Shown piece after piece: positions 51,201 through 60,518 of a stretch of 64,000 nt of DNA. Each line of letters opens with the position of its first letter. Position 1 is the stretch's first letter. Source of the stretch: an uncultured bacterium (GTDB lineage: Bacteria; Oederibacteriota; Oederibacteriia; Oederibacteriales; Oederibacteriaceae). Below the pieces are notes generated by a model. The model did not search any database. It had not been told where the DNA came from and saw only the letters and a list, made by a program, of their open reading frames with translations. Location of the stretch: positions 2,400,001 through 2,464,000 of the forward strand of contig OZ218778.1 of the NCBI GenBank assembly GCA_965112635.1, given 5' to 3'. The position numbers and the translations under genes are program-made.

Positions 51201-51344
51201 GTGCTTGATGATACGGCCTTTGAACTTGGCGATCTGCTCCTTTAAAATGGCGTCGTGCCGGAGCAGCACCTTGCTCATCTCGGCATTATGTTTTTCCCAC
51301 TTTTCCGTGGAACCTTCGATATCGGTGAACAAGAAATAAAGCAC
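48279..51344 (-). CDS. Class III adenylate/guanylate cyclase - STAND (NB-ARC-like) ATPase - TPR protein
   Basis: FTDIEGST, TGDG, RMAIH.G and DYFGPDVNRTARL; Walker A GSGGMGKT; GMPLAVE; C-terminal TPR repeats. Confidence 0.9.
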   Translation of the reverse strand: MLYFLFTDIEGSTEKWEKHNAEMSKVLLRHDAILKEQIAKFKGRIIKHTGDGVFAVFEKGDLLQCAIEVQKLFQKEPWGPIGDIRIRMAIHGGIAEVRDEDYFGPDVNRTARLLSVGWGGQILVSPLIVKEIQPPANAVFEDLGVHLLKDLGEPQKIYGLIHPDLKNKEFPPLRSLSGRSQNLPYQTTPFIGRDQDMKNALKLLDNPSCRLMVLVGSGGMGKTRLALQAAAERIENYGHGVYYVLLDSVSNGEQLVSSIVSTLKMAPRSWENLRDQLLAYLREKEMILILDHFDRLLGESKLILDMLAMAQKLKVVITTREQVNTQGEWLITLAGLNFPQPNTTQELVNFESVNLFKECARRVQPNFSPNAKEQAAVAKICRMVQGMPLAVEMAASMVRSMTCSEIAHEMESHFDFLSYGGQPVSGQHRDLRSVFEESWDRLDREQQRHILRLSVFRNGFSREAAETVCQTTLPLLNQFVQKSWLYRDDSGRYEMPELLRRFAAENLQENPGEREDIFDRHCAYYAMFSSRLVPDAERPKQDKFFQETAEETANVVQAWQWASQKGKSEELSKMFQQVFKYFESRALKAEGEEAMALAAESIRKHSRASGVSSQEQAMFLGRLLFGRGNFLVSLGRLEKARAVLNEGLSIFRRGKNYGDLAQTLVKLAKIETLTGNSLGAQNLVEEALELFKKMGDREGVAWSQIHLGGITLHQDLARASRLYTDSLEIFKDTNDAHGTMWALNHLSRVAMEKGDFPTAKERLLESLEMAKKRNSKWALGWCLNALGELARFMGEYSVAKQLSLNSLDTFRTIDHSWEEGWVLDNIGYSSFLEGKKDEGQKLLEESLNILKGTEDKVSLGWCLLHLAAVTLDKGELPVAKQFILEAEDAFKKINYSSGQAFCLCGLGDIAYAKEDFLEYKKFYPEALKMAWSTRSLPATLEACVGMARLLQQERSTPAAVTMLNFAIKRPESYKETKVRAQAFLDEIRAGFLPPVFAQIEEKAKNENLEGTVENLIGKQLW

Positions 51345-51405
51345 CCGTACTCCTTTTTCCGGACCAAGACTATCTTGAACCTATTATACTTGAAAAAGCA
51401 TTACT

Positions 51406-52209
51406 TCAAAGACTGGCGGCCCCTACAATTTTCTTGTGCTTGAATAAAACATACTCCTTATAACCGGCTTGCCTGGCCAGGTCGGCTCCGGCCTCAAAAC
51501 CCGCGGCCACTTCCTGGGGGGCATGCGCGTCCGAACCAAAGGTAATGGGGACCCCGGCCTCCCCGTAGATCTTCAGAGCCTCCAAAGAGGGGTAGATCTC
51601 CTGGACAGGCTTGCGCAACCCAGCTGTGTTGATCTCCACGACCACCCCCGACTTTTGGAAAGCTTCTGCGGTCCGTCGTATCTCCATGGTCAGGTCGGTC
51701 TTGGGCCGGTGCCCGAATTTTTTGGGCAGGTCCACGTGCCCCATGATCTGGAACAGGCCGGATTCCGCGCTTTTTCTCAGCAAACTATAGTAATCACGGT
51801 AAGTCTTTTCCACATCCACGCCGTTCCATTTTTCTGTGGCGTTAGGGTCGTCAAAAGCCCAGTCCCCGATAAAGTGCACGGACCCGATGATATAATCATA
51901 GGGATAGGCTTCCACAACAGCCCTGGTCTGTTTTTCATATCCAGGCAAGTAATCCGCTTCCAGGGCTATCCTGACCCGGGTCTTACCGGTAAAGCGGGCT
52001 CGGACCTCCTCGATCATCCTGTGGTATTCGGGCACCTGGGCCCTGCTCATGGTGATCGAAGGGTCATCGTGGGATAAAAGCGGGGCGTGGTCGGAAAAAC
52101 CAATCTCCTCCAGGCCGAGGCTGATGGCCCTTTCCACGAATTCGCTGGGCGCCCCGCCCGCGTGCCCGCTCAAGGGAGTGTGCATATGATAATCGCATAG
52201 GGGGTTCAT
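51406..52209 (-). CDS. hisJ: PHP-family histidinol-phosphatase (HisJ family)
   Basis: DYHMHT, FSDHAP, IGSVH, GHVDL, EINTAG and GSDAH motifs. Confidence 0.85.
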   Translation of the reverse strand: MNPLCDYHMHTPLSGHAGGAPSEFVERAISLGLEEIGFSDHAPLLSHDDPSITMSRAQVPEYHRMIEEVRARFTGKTRVRIALEADYLPGYEKQTRAVVEAYPYDYIIGSVHFIGDWAFDDPNATEKWNGVDVEKTYRDYYSLLRKSAESGLFQIMGHVDLPKKFGHRPKTDLTMEIRRTAEAFQKSGVVVEINTAGLRKPVQEIYPSLEALKIYGEAGVPITFGSDAHAPQEVAAGFEAGADLARQAGYKEYVLFKHKKIVGAASL

Positions 52210-52331
52210 GGTGGCATTATAACCGCAACAGGAGAAAATTGGCAGTCTGGTCATGACCCACAAATACCTCGTCTTGCCTTAGCTTCAGCCTGTGTAATAT
52301 AATCCGACCATCCTGTTTCACGGAGCTGAAT

Positions 52332-53324
52332 ATGCCCAAAGGCTTATACCTCATGGACGAATACTCCTATACCCACGCCTATGGCCCAGAAGTGCGGCAA
52401 CAGATCGCCGAGTTGGTGGATATTTACGCCCCTCACCAGACCAGGGACACGCTCAAAAACAACCCAGCAATTTTAGCTCAAGCTGACATTATCTTCTCCG
52501 GCTGGGGCATGCCCTTGTTGGACCAGGCCTTTTTGGACGCCGCCCCCCGGCTCAAAGCTGTTTTTTACGCTGCCGGGTCCATCCGCTCCTTTATTACGGA
52601 TGAATGCTGGAAACGGGGCATTGTCATCACCACGGCCGCCGAAGCCAACGCCGTCCCTGTGGCCGAATACACTTTGGCCTGCATTACCTTTGGGCTGAAA
52701 AAAGCGTTTGGTTATGCCAGGTCGGTCCGGGAGGCAAAGACGTTCCCCGAAAGCGTCAATGTCCCCGGCGCTTTTGACAGTAAGGTGGGACTCGTTTCCC
52801 TGGGATTGATCGGGCGTTTGGTCGCGCAAAAACTGCAACAAATGGATGTGACGGTTTTGGCCTATGACCCCTTTGTATCCGCTCCAGCGGCGTCGCAGCT
52901 CGGGGTAAAACTGGTTTCCCTTACGGAGATCTTTTCGCAGTGCGACGTGGTCTCTTTGCACACACCCTGGCTCAAGCAGACCGAGAATATGGTCGGCGCC
53001 AGCCTGCTCTCCTCCATGAAACCTGGCGCTGCCTTTATCAACACGGCCCGGGGAGCCGTGGTCAATGAAAAAGAAATGATCGCGGTGCTGGCCAAGAGGC
53101 CCGACCTGCAGGCAATTTTGGATGTCACCCACCCTGAACCGCCGGAGGCGGACTCCCCCCTTTACGCTCTGCCCAATGTGTTTTTGACCCCCCATCTGGC
53201 CGGGTCTATGGGGCCCGAGATCATGCGCATGGGCCGTTACATGGTGGAAGAGTTGCGGCGTTACCTCAAAAGCGAGCCCTTGCGCTGGCAAGTGACCAGG
53301 GAAAAAGCGGAAATAAGCGCGTAG
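52332..53324 (+). CDS. D-2-hydroxyacid dehydrogenase family protein
   Basis: PVAEY, SLGLIG, SLHTP, INTARG, LDV and TPHLAG motifs. Confidence 0.9.
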   Translation: MPKGLYLMDEYSYTHAYGPEVRQQIAELVDIYAPHQTRDTLKNNPAILAQADIIFSGWGMPLLDQAFLDAAPRLKAVFYAAGSIRSFITDECWKRGIVITTAAEANAVPVAEYTLACITFGLKKAFGYARSVREAKTFPESVNVPGAFDSKVGLVSLGLIGRLVAQKLQQMDVTVLAYDPFVSAPAASQLGVKLVSLTEIFSQCDVVSLHTPWLKQTENMVGASLLSSMKPGAAFINTARGAVVNEKEMIAVLAKRPDLQAILDVTHPEPPEADSPLYALPNVFLTPHLAGSMGPEIMRMGRYMVEELRRYLKSEPLRWQVTREKAEISA

Positions 53325-53353
53325 CAAAGAAAGACCTTCTTGCCGCTGCCCAT

Positions 53354-54667
53354 TTAACTCCTGACCTCAACTTCGGCAATATCCTCGATCAATCCCTTTT
53401 TGATATACACATGGCGGACCAGCCTGCGGAACTCCGGCAGCCTGCTGTAAAACACCACGGCACCCAGCAAGCTGCACAGCCCAGCGCCCAGGATGGTGTG
53501 CGGCGTCCCTATTTTGCTGGCCACGCTGCCCATCATCAAGGCTCCGAATGGCCCGGAACCGATAAAAGCCATAGTATAAAAGCTCATGACCCGGCCCCGC
53601 TTGTCGTCATCGGCCAGCGTCTGGGTGAGAGTGTTGCAGCTGGCGATCTGGGTGATCATGCAGATACCGGCCAGGACCAGGAGGCCGGAGGAAAGCCATA
53701 AGTTCCGGGAGAATGAAAAAGCGATGACAAATATCCCAAAGCACGCCGAAGCTAAGGGTATGATCTTTTCCAGGCCAGCCGCGTTCTTGCGTGACGCCAG
53801 GAGAACGGCCCCGAGGAAGGCGCCTACGCCCGTAGAGCCGATAAGAAAACCATAAGTATGGGGCCCGCCCTGCAGGACATCTTTGGCCACCACCGGCATC
53901 AGCACCACGTAGGGCATTCCCATCATCCCTATAAAGAAGAGGTAGAGCAAGATATCCCTTAACGGCTTGAACCCCCTGACATAGTGGAACCCCTCGCTTA
54001 GTTCCTGCAAGACCCGTCCTCCCTTTTTGGCGATCTTTTGGGCTGGCACTTTCATGGCCCAAAAAGCCCAGATGACCGGGATAAAACTGATGCCGTTAAA
54101 GAGAAAGCAAAGCCCTTCTCCCAGCATCTTGATCACCATTCCAGCCAGGGAAGGGCCTATAAACCGGGCACTGTTGAACAGGGATGAGTTGAGGGCGATG
54201 GCATTGCCCAGATCCTCTTTTTTTTCGATCATCTCCACCACAAAGGACTGCCGGATGGGCACGTCAAAGCCGTTGGCCACACCCAACAGGATATTCAGTC
54301 CCATGATGAAAGGAAAAGAGGCCTTGCCTGAAAAAACCAGGTAGGTAAGAGCAAAAGCCTGCAGCATGGAAAGGGATTGGGTAAGGATAAGCAGCCGGCG
54401 TTTGCTGAACCGGTCGGCCAGAACCCCGGCAAAAGGCGCGATAAAAAGGATGGGGATCTGTCCGCCGAACTCCATCAGTCCTAAAAGGTAAGCCGAACCG
54501 GTCAGGCTGTAGACCAGCCATTGCATGGCGACCTTCTGCATCCAGGTCCCAATCAGGGAAATGCCCTGGCCTGTGAAGAATAATCGGTAGTTCCGCGAAC
54601 TGAAGGAACGAAGGACTTGCTTGATATTGGCCAAGCCTTTAAAGGGCCGCTGCGGATTTTCTGGCAC
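53354..54667 (-). CDS. MFS transporter (EntS/DUF894-like)
   Basis: GQGISLIGTWMQ, G.LADRF and AIALNS..FN.AR..GP motifs; about 12 TM helices. Confidence 0.9.
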   Translation of the reverse strand: MPENPQRPFKGLANIKQVLRSFSSRNYRLFFTGQGISLIGTWMQKVAMQWLVYSLTGSAYLLGLMEFGGQIPILFIAPFAGVLADRFSKRRLLILTQSLSMLQAFALTYLVFSGKASFPFIMGLNILLGVANGFDVPIRQSFVVEMIEKKEDLGNAIALNSSLFNSARFIGPSLAGMVIKMLGEGLCFLFNGISFIPVIWAFWAMKVPAQKIAKKGGRVLQELSEGFHYVRGFKPLRDILLYLFFIGMMGMPYVVLMPVVAKDVLQGGPHTYGFLIGSTGVGAFLGAVLLASRKNAAGLEKIIPLASACFGIFVIAFSFSRNLWLSSGLLVLAGICMITQIASCNTLTQTLADDDKRGRVMSFYTMAFIGSGPFGALMMGSVASKIGTPHTILGAGLCSLLGAVVFYSRLPEFRRLVRHVYIKKGLIEDIAEVEVRS

Positions 54668-54771
54668 TAGGTATCCTTTGACAAGCTTACGATTTTTTAT
54701 GGATATTATACCGGTTATTGATAAAATGTAACGGCTGTCACTATATTTGTGCTGATCAAGGAGGACTCTTG

Positions 54772-55380
54772 ATGAAAAAGTTTGCGGTGGTCTCCATGCT
54801 GTTGATCCTTCTTATCCCCAACTCAACCCTGGTTTGGGCCCAAGCGGACACGGGTCAAGAAGAAGCGCAATATCTCTCCGATGTCAGCTTGAATGCCCTG
54901 GGTATTTTTGGGCGGGCCTTGGATTTAGGCTACGAGATGCGGCTGGACAAGGGACACTCTGTGGCTTTTAGGATCATTGGGTGGAAAGAAACAAAGGACG
55001 ACTGGGACCTAGGATGGGGCGAACTCAATGTCGCTTACCATCTCTATCCCGGCGATAAAGCTATCCAGGGATTTTACTGGGGCCCCAAGCTGGGTATCGC
55101 GGGGACAAACGGGACTTACACGGCCGGCCCTGGCAACACGGGTAACGGCTCCGGAACTTTCCTGGTGCCGGAACTTGAACTCGGGCACCAATGGATCTAT
55201 AAAACCAACTATGCCAATTATGTTCTGGATTTTGGAGGCGGCGTAGGCGCTTATCTCGGCCAGGCTAAGGCCACGATCAACGGAACGGATTATACCGACT
55301 CGTTTTCCGGGATTAACCTGGATCTGCGTATAGCCGCGGGGATCGCCTTCACTTCCACCGTTGATTTCAGGGACAAATAG
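54772..55380 (+). CDS. Putative outer-membrane beta-barrel protein (DUF3575-like)
   Basis: Signal peptide; alternating beta strands; GFYWGP and G.QW motifs; AGGAGG SD. Confidence 0.55.
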   Translation: MKKFAVVSMLLILLIPNSTLVWAQADTGQEEAQYLSDVSLNALGIFGRALDLGYEMRLDKGHSVAFRIIGWKETKDDWDLGWGELNVAYHLYPGDKAIQGFYWGPKLGIAGTNGTYTAGPGNTGNGSGTFLVPELELGHQWIYKTNYANYVLDFGGGVGAYLGQAKATINGTDYTDSFSGINLDLRIAAGIAFTSTVDFRDK

Positions 55381-55394
55381 AGAACAAAGATTGA

Positions 55395-55982
55395 TTACTT
55401 GCTGGCAGGACTGAACTCTTCGTCAATAAGCTGGCAAATGATGTGAATAGCGGTCATATACCCTTCCTGGATCCTGGCCGAACTTGTGGCGTTAATCCTC
55501 AGGCTCAACTTGGCCCCCCTGCTCAAAGCGCAAGGCTTGCCTCCGGTAAACCCGATGGTAAACGCCCCTTTTCTATTGGCCGCCTTTAAAGCCCTGATGA
55601 CATTAGGAGACCTGCCGCTGGTGCTGATGGCGATGACTGTGTCCCTTTTTTCCACCAACGCCTCGACCTGTCTGGAAAAGACCTGGTCATAGCCAAAATC
55701 ATTGCCGATGCAGGTCAGGAGCACGTCGTCCGCGTTCAAGGCCAGGGCGGGCAACGGCCTGCGCATCCTGTGGAACCTGCCGACAAGCTCCGTGGCCAGA
55801 TGTGACGCATCCCCGGCGCTTCCACCGTTCCCAAAGACCACCAGCTTCCCCCCGTTTTTAAGGCTCTTGATGACCTGGCGGGCGATCCGCTCGATAATGC
55901 CAATGCTGGTCCTGGCCATGTCTATTTTGATGGCCGCGCTCTCGTTCAATCCTTTGCGTATCGTTTCCTGAAAAGTTGCCAT
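55395..55982 (-). CDS. gmhA: Phosphoheptose isomerase (SIS domain)
   Basis: GNGGSA.DA.H, GNDFG, STSG.SPN and RIQE motifs. Confidence 0.88.
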   Translation of the reverse strand: MATFQETIRKGLNESAAIKIDMARTSIGIIERIARQVIKSLKNGGKLVVFGNGGSAGDASHLATELVGRFHRMRRPLPALALNADDVLLTCIGNDFGYDQVFSRQVEALVEKRDTVIAISTSGRSPNVIRALKAANRKGAFTIGFTGGKPCALSRGAKLSLRINATSSARIQEGYMTAIHIICQLIDEEFSPASK

Positions 55983-56060
55983 CTCTCCCCTTCCTTGGTT
56001 TAAATAATGTTAGTTTAGGGAAACAAACCCAGGGTGTCAAATACTTCCCTGGTTTTCCGG

Positions 56061-57020
56061 CTAGACCTTGCCCGCTGTCATAGCCACGGCCAACGACGCG
56101 TAATCGCCGACCTGCTCTCCGAGCTTGGCGGAAACGATCTTGCAGGCCTTGAGGGACATGGGGATCGCGTCTTTTTTCAGCTCTGCTTCAGCTATGGGCC
56201 ACAACAGCTTTTTTTGCCGGATAAAAATGCTGCCGATCACTATTTTCTGCGGGTTGAGCATATTGACGATCACGGCCAGTCCCCGGCCCAGATATTTGGC
56301 GCATTCGGCGACCACCTCTTCGGCCAGCTCGTCCCCGGAGCGGACCGCCTCAAAAACAGCCTGGGCACTGAGGCTGTCAGGGGTTAAAACCGTCTTTTTG
56401 TCCGGGTTCTTTTGCAGGGCCAACTGGGCCAGCCGGCCAATGCCGCCGCCGCTGCAAAATCCTTCAAAGGAACCGGCCAGGTTATACCCGACCGGCCCGG
56501 ACTCCGCCAGCCTGACGGCCCCGACCTCGCCGGCCAAGTCATTGGTGCCCCGGTAAAGTTTTTTGTCCAGGATCAAACCGGCGCCCATGCCCGTGCCAAA
56601 GGTCAGGAACACCATGTTGCGGGAGCCCTTGCCGCTGCCCCACAACCACTCGGCCACAGCGCAGGCATTGGCATCGTTTTCCAGATAAACCGGCAGCCCG
56701 AATTTCCTTTTGAAATAGGAGACAATAGGGACGCGGTTCCATCCTGGCAGGTTGGGCGGGCCCAGCACCACGCCCTTTTTGCTTTCCAGCGGTCCCCCAC
56801 AGCTGATCCCCAGTCCAAGCAGACGGCTGTGGTTTATTTTAAGGTTGGCTAAAAGGTGTTTGGCCCTCGTGGCGTATAAAGCCAGGGTAGGACCCGGCCC
56901 CTGGGGTGTGGCGAAAGACTCTCTGATCATGATCTTGACCCCGTCTCCTGTCTTTTGGCCCAGGATGACCGCGCACTTGGTCCCGCCAATATCAAAACCT
57001 AGTAAAAAATCCTTGTTCAT
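56061..57020 (-). CDS. ROK family sugar kinase
   Basis: DIGGTK, ENDANA, TFGTG.GAG and AGEVG motifs. Confidence 0.9.
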   Translation of the reverse strand: MNKDFLLGFDIGGTKCAVILGQKTGDGVKIMIRESFATPQGPGPTLALYATRAKHLLANLKINHSRLLGLGISCGGPLESKKGVVLGPPNLPGWNRVPIVSYFKRKFGLPVYLENDANACAVAEWLWGSGKGSRNMVFLTFGTGMGAGLILDKKLYRGTNDLAGEVGAVRLAESGPVGYNLAGSFEGFCSGGGIGRLAQLALQKNPDKKTVLTPDSLSAQAVFEAVRSGDELAEEVVAECAKYLGRGLAVIVNMLNPQKIVIGSIFIRQKKLLWPIAEAELKKDAIPMSLKACKIVSAKLGEQVGDYASLAVAMTAGKV

Positions 57021-57076
57021 TTATAAATACCCCCAACTTTAAGTTTTTGGCAGGTTGCCATAAAAAATAAGCAGCC

Positions 57077-57805
57077 TTAATAAGAAGTATACGGCCTTCC
57101 CAAGGGATCCTTTTCGTTGCTGTTCAGGAAAATAAATCCGTTGGTGCTGTCATAAGCCCAGCCGTCCCCGGAACCAGCAGGAAGCTGACCCGCTTTTAGG
57201 GCGGAAACCTTATTGCTCCGTACCTCACCCTTGCCCTCGTGATAAATAAAGGCATCAGGGATACTGTCCAGATACGCCGACATCGGGCACTTTTCCCAAT
57301 GTTCCGGGCCCAGCGCTTTCGGCCAACGGCCCTGGTGGTCGCCATAATAAATAGCCAGGGTGGAGCGCAAAAGACCCGCGTTGTTCTGATTACGCCCTCT
57401 GTGTTCAATATAAGGCGACACTTTTGAGTCGTTATATAAAAGGCCGATAAGGCAGATAAAACAGGCCACCGCCCCTACTTCAAAGAACATTCTGAAACCC
57501 CGCTCCAGAACATTTTTTCCTTGAGCGGCCTGCCTTGTACCGGCTTTGGCCTTGACGGTCCTGATGACCAGCCTGGCCAGCAGGTAAAGAAGGATGAGCG
57601 TCACTAAAGCAGCGAGAATATAGATGGACAGCTCAAGATAGGCGTGTTTGGTCTCCGGCATGGAGAGCTCAACAGCCTCAGGAATCTTCACCGTGAGTAG
57701 CGCTACTTCTAGAATAGCGAAGTAAATAAAATACCCCGTAAAGACAATTGCCTTTATCCACTTCCAGACTTCCAGAAAAATATTTTTCCAGCCCTTCCCT
57801 TTCAT
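57077..57805 (-). CDS. Multi-TM protein with C-terminal GspG/pilin-like domain (paralog 2)
   Basis: Three hydrophobic helices, then LRSTLAIYYGDHQGRWP..L and GDGWAYDSTNG. Confidence 0.6.
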   Translation of the reverse strand: MKGKGWKNIFLEVWKWIKAIVFTGYFIYFAILEVALLTVKIPEAVELSMPETKHAYLELSIYILAALVTLILLYLLARLVIRTVKAKAGTRQAAQGKNVLERGFRMFFEVGAVACFICLIGLLYNDSKVSPYIEHRGRNQNNAGLLRSTLAIYYGDHQGRWPKALGPEHWEKCPMSAYLDSIPDAFIYHEGKGEVRSNKVSALKAGQLPAGSGDGWAYDSTNGFIFLNSNEKDPLGRPYTSY

Positions 57806-57839
57806 ATCGCCGCCCTTTTCTTGCTGGATAATGTCAAAC

Positions 57840-58559
57840 TTAGTAGGTGGTATAGGAAACTCCCACGGTATCTTTTTCATTGCTGTTCACATAAAGCTGG
57901 CCGTTGGTGCTGTCATAAGCCCAGCCGTCTCCCGGGCCCGAGGGCACTTGGTCAGGCTTGAGGGTGACGACCGCGTTGCTGTCTTTTTCGCCTCTCCCTT
58001 CGTGCCAAACCATAGCATTAGGCAATGGTTCGATATAACTCGACATGTCACATTGATCCCAGTGGTCCGGGTCCAACTTGGCTGGCCATGCACCCTGGTG
58101 GTCACCATAATATATGGATAAAGCCGAGCGGATAGAGTCGGCATTGCCTTTGGTGCTGCCTTCATGGCCCCCCTTATATAACATTTTGGGGAACTTCGAG
58201 AATGAAACATATAAAAAAATGATGAAAATGACTATCCCGGCAGCTTCCAAAAATATCTTTAAATATTTACGCCGCTTGACCTTCGGGTCTACAGCTCCCG
58301 CCGGGACCTCCTCTGCCTTTTCCTTGAGAATCCGCACTATGGATCTTCCAATGTAATAGAGCAGCCAGCCAAGCAGTCCGGCCGCCGCCAAAAGTCCCAG
58401 GAGCATCCAAGCCGGATGCGCCACAGTAGGGTGCTTAAACTCCCCAGGGCTCATCATCAGAAGGCCAATTAAAGCGAACTCCTGGATGGTCAAACCCAAC
58501 AGCAGAATGACCAAAACAATTATTTTTAGCCATTTCCAGAAATAGAACAGAGCCTTCAT
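57840..58559 (-). CDS. Multi-TM protein with C-terminal GspG/pilin-like domain (paralog 1)
   Basis: Three hydrophobic helices, then EGSTKGN..SIRSALSIYYGDHQGAWP and GDGWAYDSTNG; GGAGG SD before 58559. Confidence 0.62.
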   Translation of the reverse strand: MKALFYFWKWLKIIVLVILLLGLTIQEFALIGLLMMSPGEFKHPTVAHPAWMLLGLLAAAGLLGWLLYYIGRSIVRILKEKAEEVPAGAVDPKVKRRKYLKIFLEAAGIVIFIIFLYVSFSKFPKMLYKGGHEGSTKGNADSIRSALSIYYGDHQGAWPAKLDPDHWDQCDMSSYIEPLPNAMVWHEGRGEKDSNAVVTLKPDQVPSGPGDGWAYDSTNGQLYVNSNEKDTVGVSYTTY

Positions 58560-58573
58560 CTTTAGCCTCCCTA

Positions 58574-59014
58574 CTATCGATAGAATACAAGCATGACTAC
58601 CCCGGTAACTGTCATAATAATACCAGCGGACCTCGCGATTTTGAACCAGCGGCTTTTCTTTTCGTAATGATAGGCTCCCCAAACCATTATCAATCCAGCC
58701 AATATCCACATCCCAGCGAGCTTCAACGAGCAATGCTGGTAACAGGTAAAGATGGTTTGGACCCTGGCCAATCCTATCAGGCAATAGACGGCCAGGATGC
58801 AGAGCAGGCTGCTCCGGAGGACATAAGCCGCCGAGGACCGCCTTATAAAAGGAACGAAATCCACCACGGCCAGTTGCAGGCCCATGGCCAAGGACGCTGC
58901 CGGCAATATCCAATGGTGGTGGATGCGGTTCAGGAATATCGATGAGACCGCGATAAACAAAAGCAGGTTAAAAATAATGGCTCCAGCTATGGACCAAAAC
59001 TTTATCCTGCTCAT
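58574..59014 (-). CDS. Hypothetical membrane protein
   Basis: 146-aa hydrophobic ORF with GGAG SD; first gene of the minus-strand run. Confidence 0.6.
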   Translation of the reverse strand: MSRIKFWSIAGAIIFNLLLFIAVSSIFLNRIHHHWILPAASLAMGLQLAVVDFVPFIRRSSAAYVLRSSLLCILAVYCLIGLARVQTIFTCYQHCSLKLAGMWILAGLIMVWGAYHYEKKSRWFKIARSAGIIMTVTGVVMLVFYR

Positions 59015-59144
59015 CTATACTCCCCGATACTAAAGATAAGTTTATTTTACTATCCTTGCCTCGACAAACTAACTCTTTTTACAAGGAATTATTTGTGAAA
59101 ATGCCCACTTCCTATATATAATCAAAGCCAGAAGGGAGACGAAC

Positions 59145-60518
59145 TTGCCCATCTTTACCCAGATCATAGAGCTTTTAAGGTCCGACCCTACTTTTGTCAT
59201 TTACATGCTGACCCTAGCGGTCCTCTTCCTGCTAGGGACCGTTTTCTTCATCTTTTATGTTTTTATACAACCTATCCGCCAACTGTTTGAAAGGGCTAAG
59301 GGCGTCCAAAAAAACCTTTCCGACACTGAAAAAAACCTCCAAACCCAGGACGAGATAAAATTCATCACGCAGACCTTCCATCTTTTGGAAGAGGACTTGA
59401 AAAAAAAGGACATAGAGTTACAGAAGCTTTATGAAAAAGAAAGGGAACGTGCCGAATCCCTGGAGACCTACACCCAGCACCTCCTGCAAAACCTCAACAG
59501 CGGGCTGCTGTTCTTTGACCCCCAGCACCGCCTCAAGCTTCTCAACCCTGCCGCAGCCACCCTGCTCAACCTGACCCAGAAAAAAACGAGAGGCATGACC
59601 TGCGAAAAGCTTTTTGGCCCATCCAGCCGCTGGGTAACCCTGTTAAAGCAAGCCCTGCAAGAACGCAAGCTCGTTTTCCAGGAGGAGTTCCTGCAGGAGA
59701 ACGCCTCCCGCGAACCCAGCTGGCTCAGGGCCAGCTCTTCCCTGGTCTATGACCGGGCCAAGAAGATCACGGGTTGCACTTTCCTTTTCAATGACGTGAC
59801 CGCCTTCAAAAAAATGTCCGAAGAAATTGAACGCCAGAAAAAACTCGCGGCAATGGGAGAGATGGTGGCCGGAGTCGCCCACGAGATCAGGAACCCGCTG
59901 GCCACCCTCAAAGGGTTCGCCACCATGCTCCGTAACAAACTAGAGCCCGGGGACACCCGTCACAAACTGGCGCAGGACATCATCCAGGAGACCGAGCTCC
60001 TCAATAAGATCGTCACGGACTTCCTGGACTTTGCCCGTCCAGAACAGACCAAAGCCTCCCCGGTGGACCTGGCCGCCACCCTCAAGGAAGTGTACGACTC
60101 GGTCCGCAAACAGAAGAAAAAAACAAAGATCACCTTTGCCTGCCAGATCGCCAAGAACCTTCCCCCGGTCATGGCGGATGGCGCCAGGCTGAGGCAGGTG
60201 TTCTATAATGTCTTGCTCAACGCAGTGGAATCCATGCCCGAAGGCGGCGCTTTTAAACTTCGCGCATTTTCTTCGGCTCCTGACAAGGCGGTGGTGGTCG
60301 AGGTCGAGGACCAGGGCAAGGGCATCCTGCCGGAGGATCTGGATAAAATTTTCAATCCCTTTTTCAGCACTAAACTGCAAGGCACAGGCCTTGGCCTCGC
60401 GATTGTCCATCGCATAATGACCCAGCACAATGGTAGGATAGAGGTGCAAAGCAAGGTTGGCAAAGGCTCTATTTTCAGGCTTATCTTCCCGGCCAAGGAG
60501 AACGCGAAAAATGCCTAG
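59145..60518 (+). CDS. PAS-domain sensor histidine kinase (NtrB/PilS-like)
   Basis: H-box AHEIRNPL; N-box NVLLNA; D.GKG, FFSTK and GTGLGL motifs. Confidence 0.93.
   Translation: MPIFTQIIELLRSDPTFVIYMLTLAVLFLLGTVFFIFYVFIQPIRQLFERAKGVQKNLSDTEKNLQTQDEIKFITQTFHLLEEDLKKKDIELQKLYEKERERAESLETYTQHLLQNLNSGLLFFDPQHRLKLLNPAAATLLNLTQKKTRGMTCEKLFGPSSRWVTLLKQALQERKLVFQEEFLQENASREPSWLRASSSLVYDRAKKITGCTFLFNDVTAFKKMSEEIERQKKLAAMGEMVAGVAHEIRNPLATLKGFATMLRNKLEPGDTRHKLAQDIIQETELLNKIVTDFLDFARPEQTKASPVDLAATLKEVYDSVRKQKKKTKITFACQIAKNLPPVMADGARLRQVFYNVLLNAVESMPEGGAFKLRAFSSAPDKAVVVEVEDQGKGILPEDLDKIFNPFFSTKLQGTGLGLAIVHRIMTQHNGRIEVQSKVGKGSIFRLIFPAKENAKNA

Noticed and set aside
57840-58913. 357-aa version of the pilin-domain protein
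   Set aside because: The extension overlaps the 58574-59014 gene in another frame; the SD and the paralog length support a start at 58559
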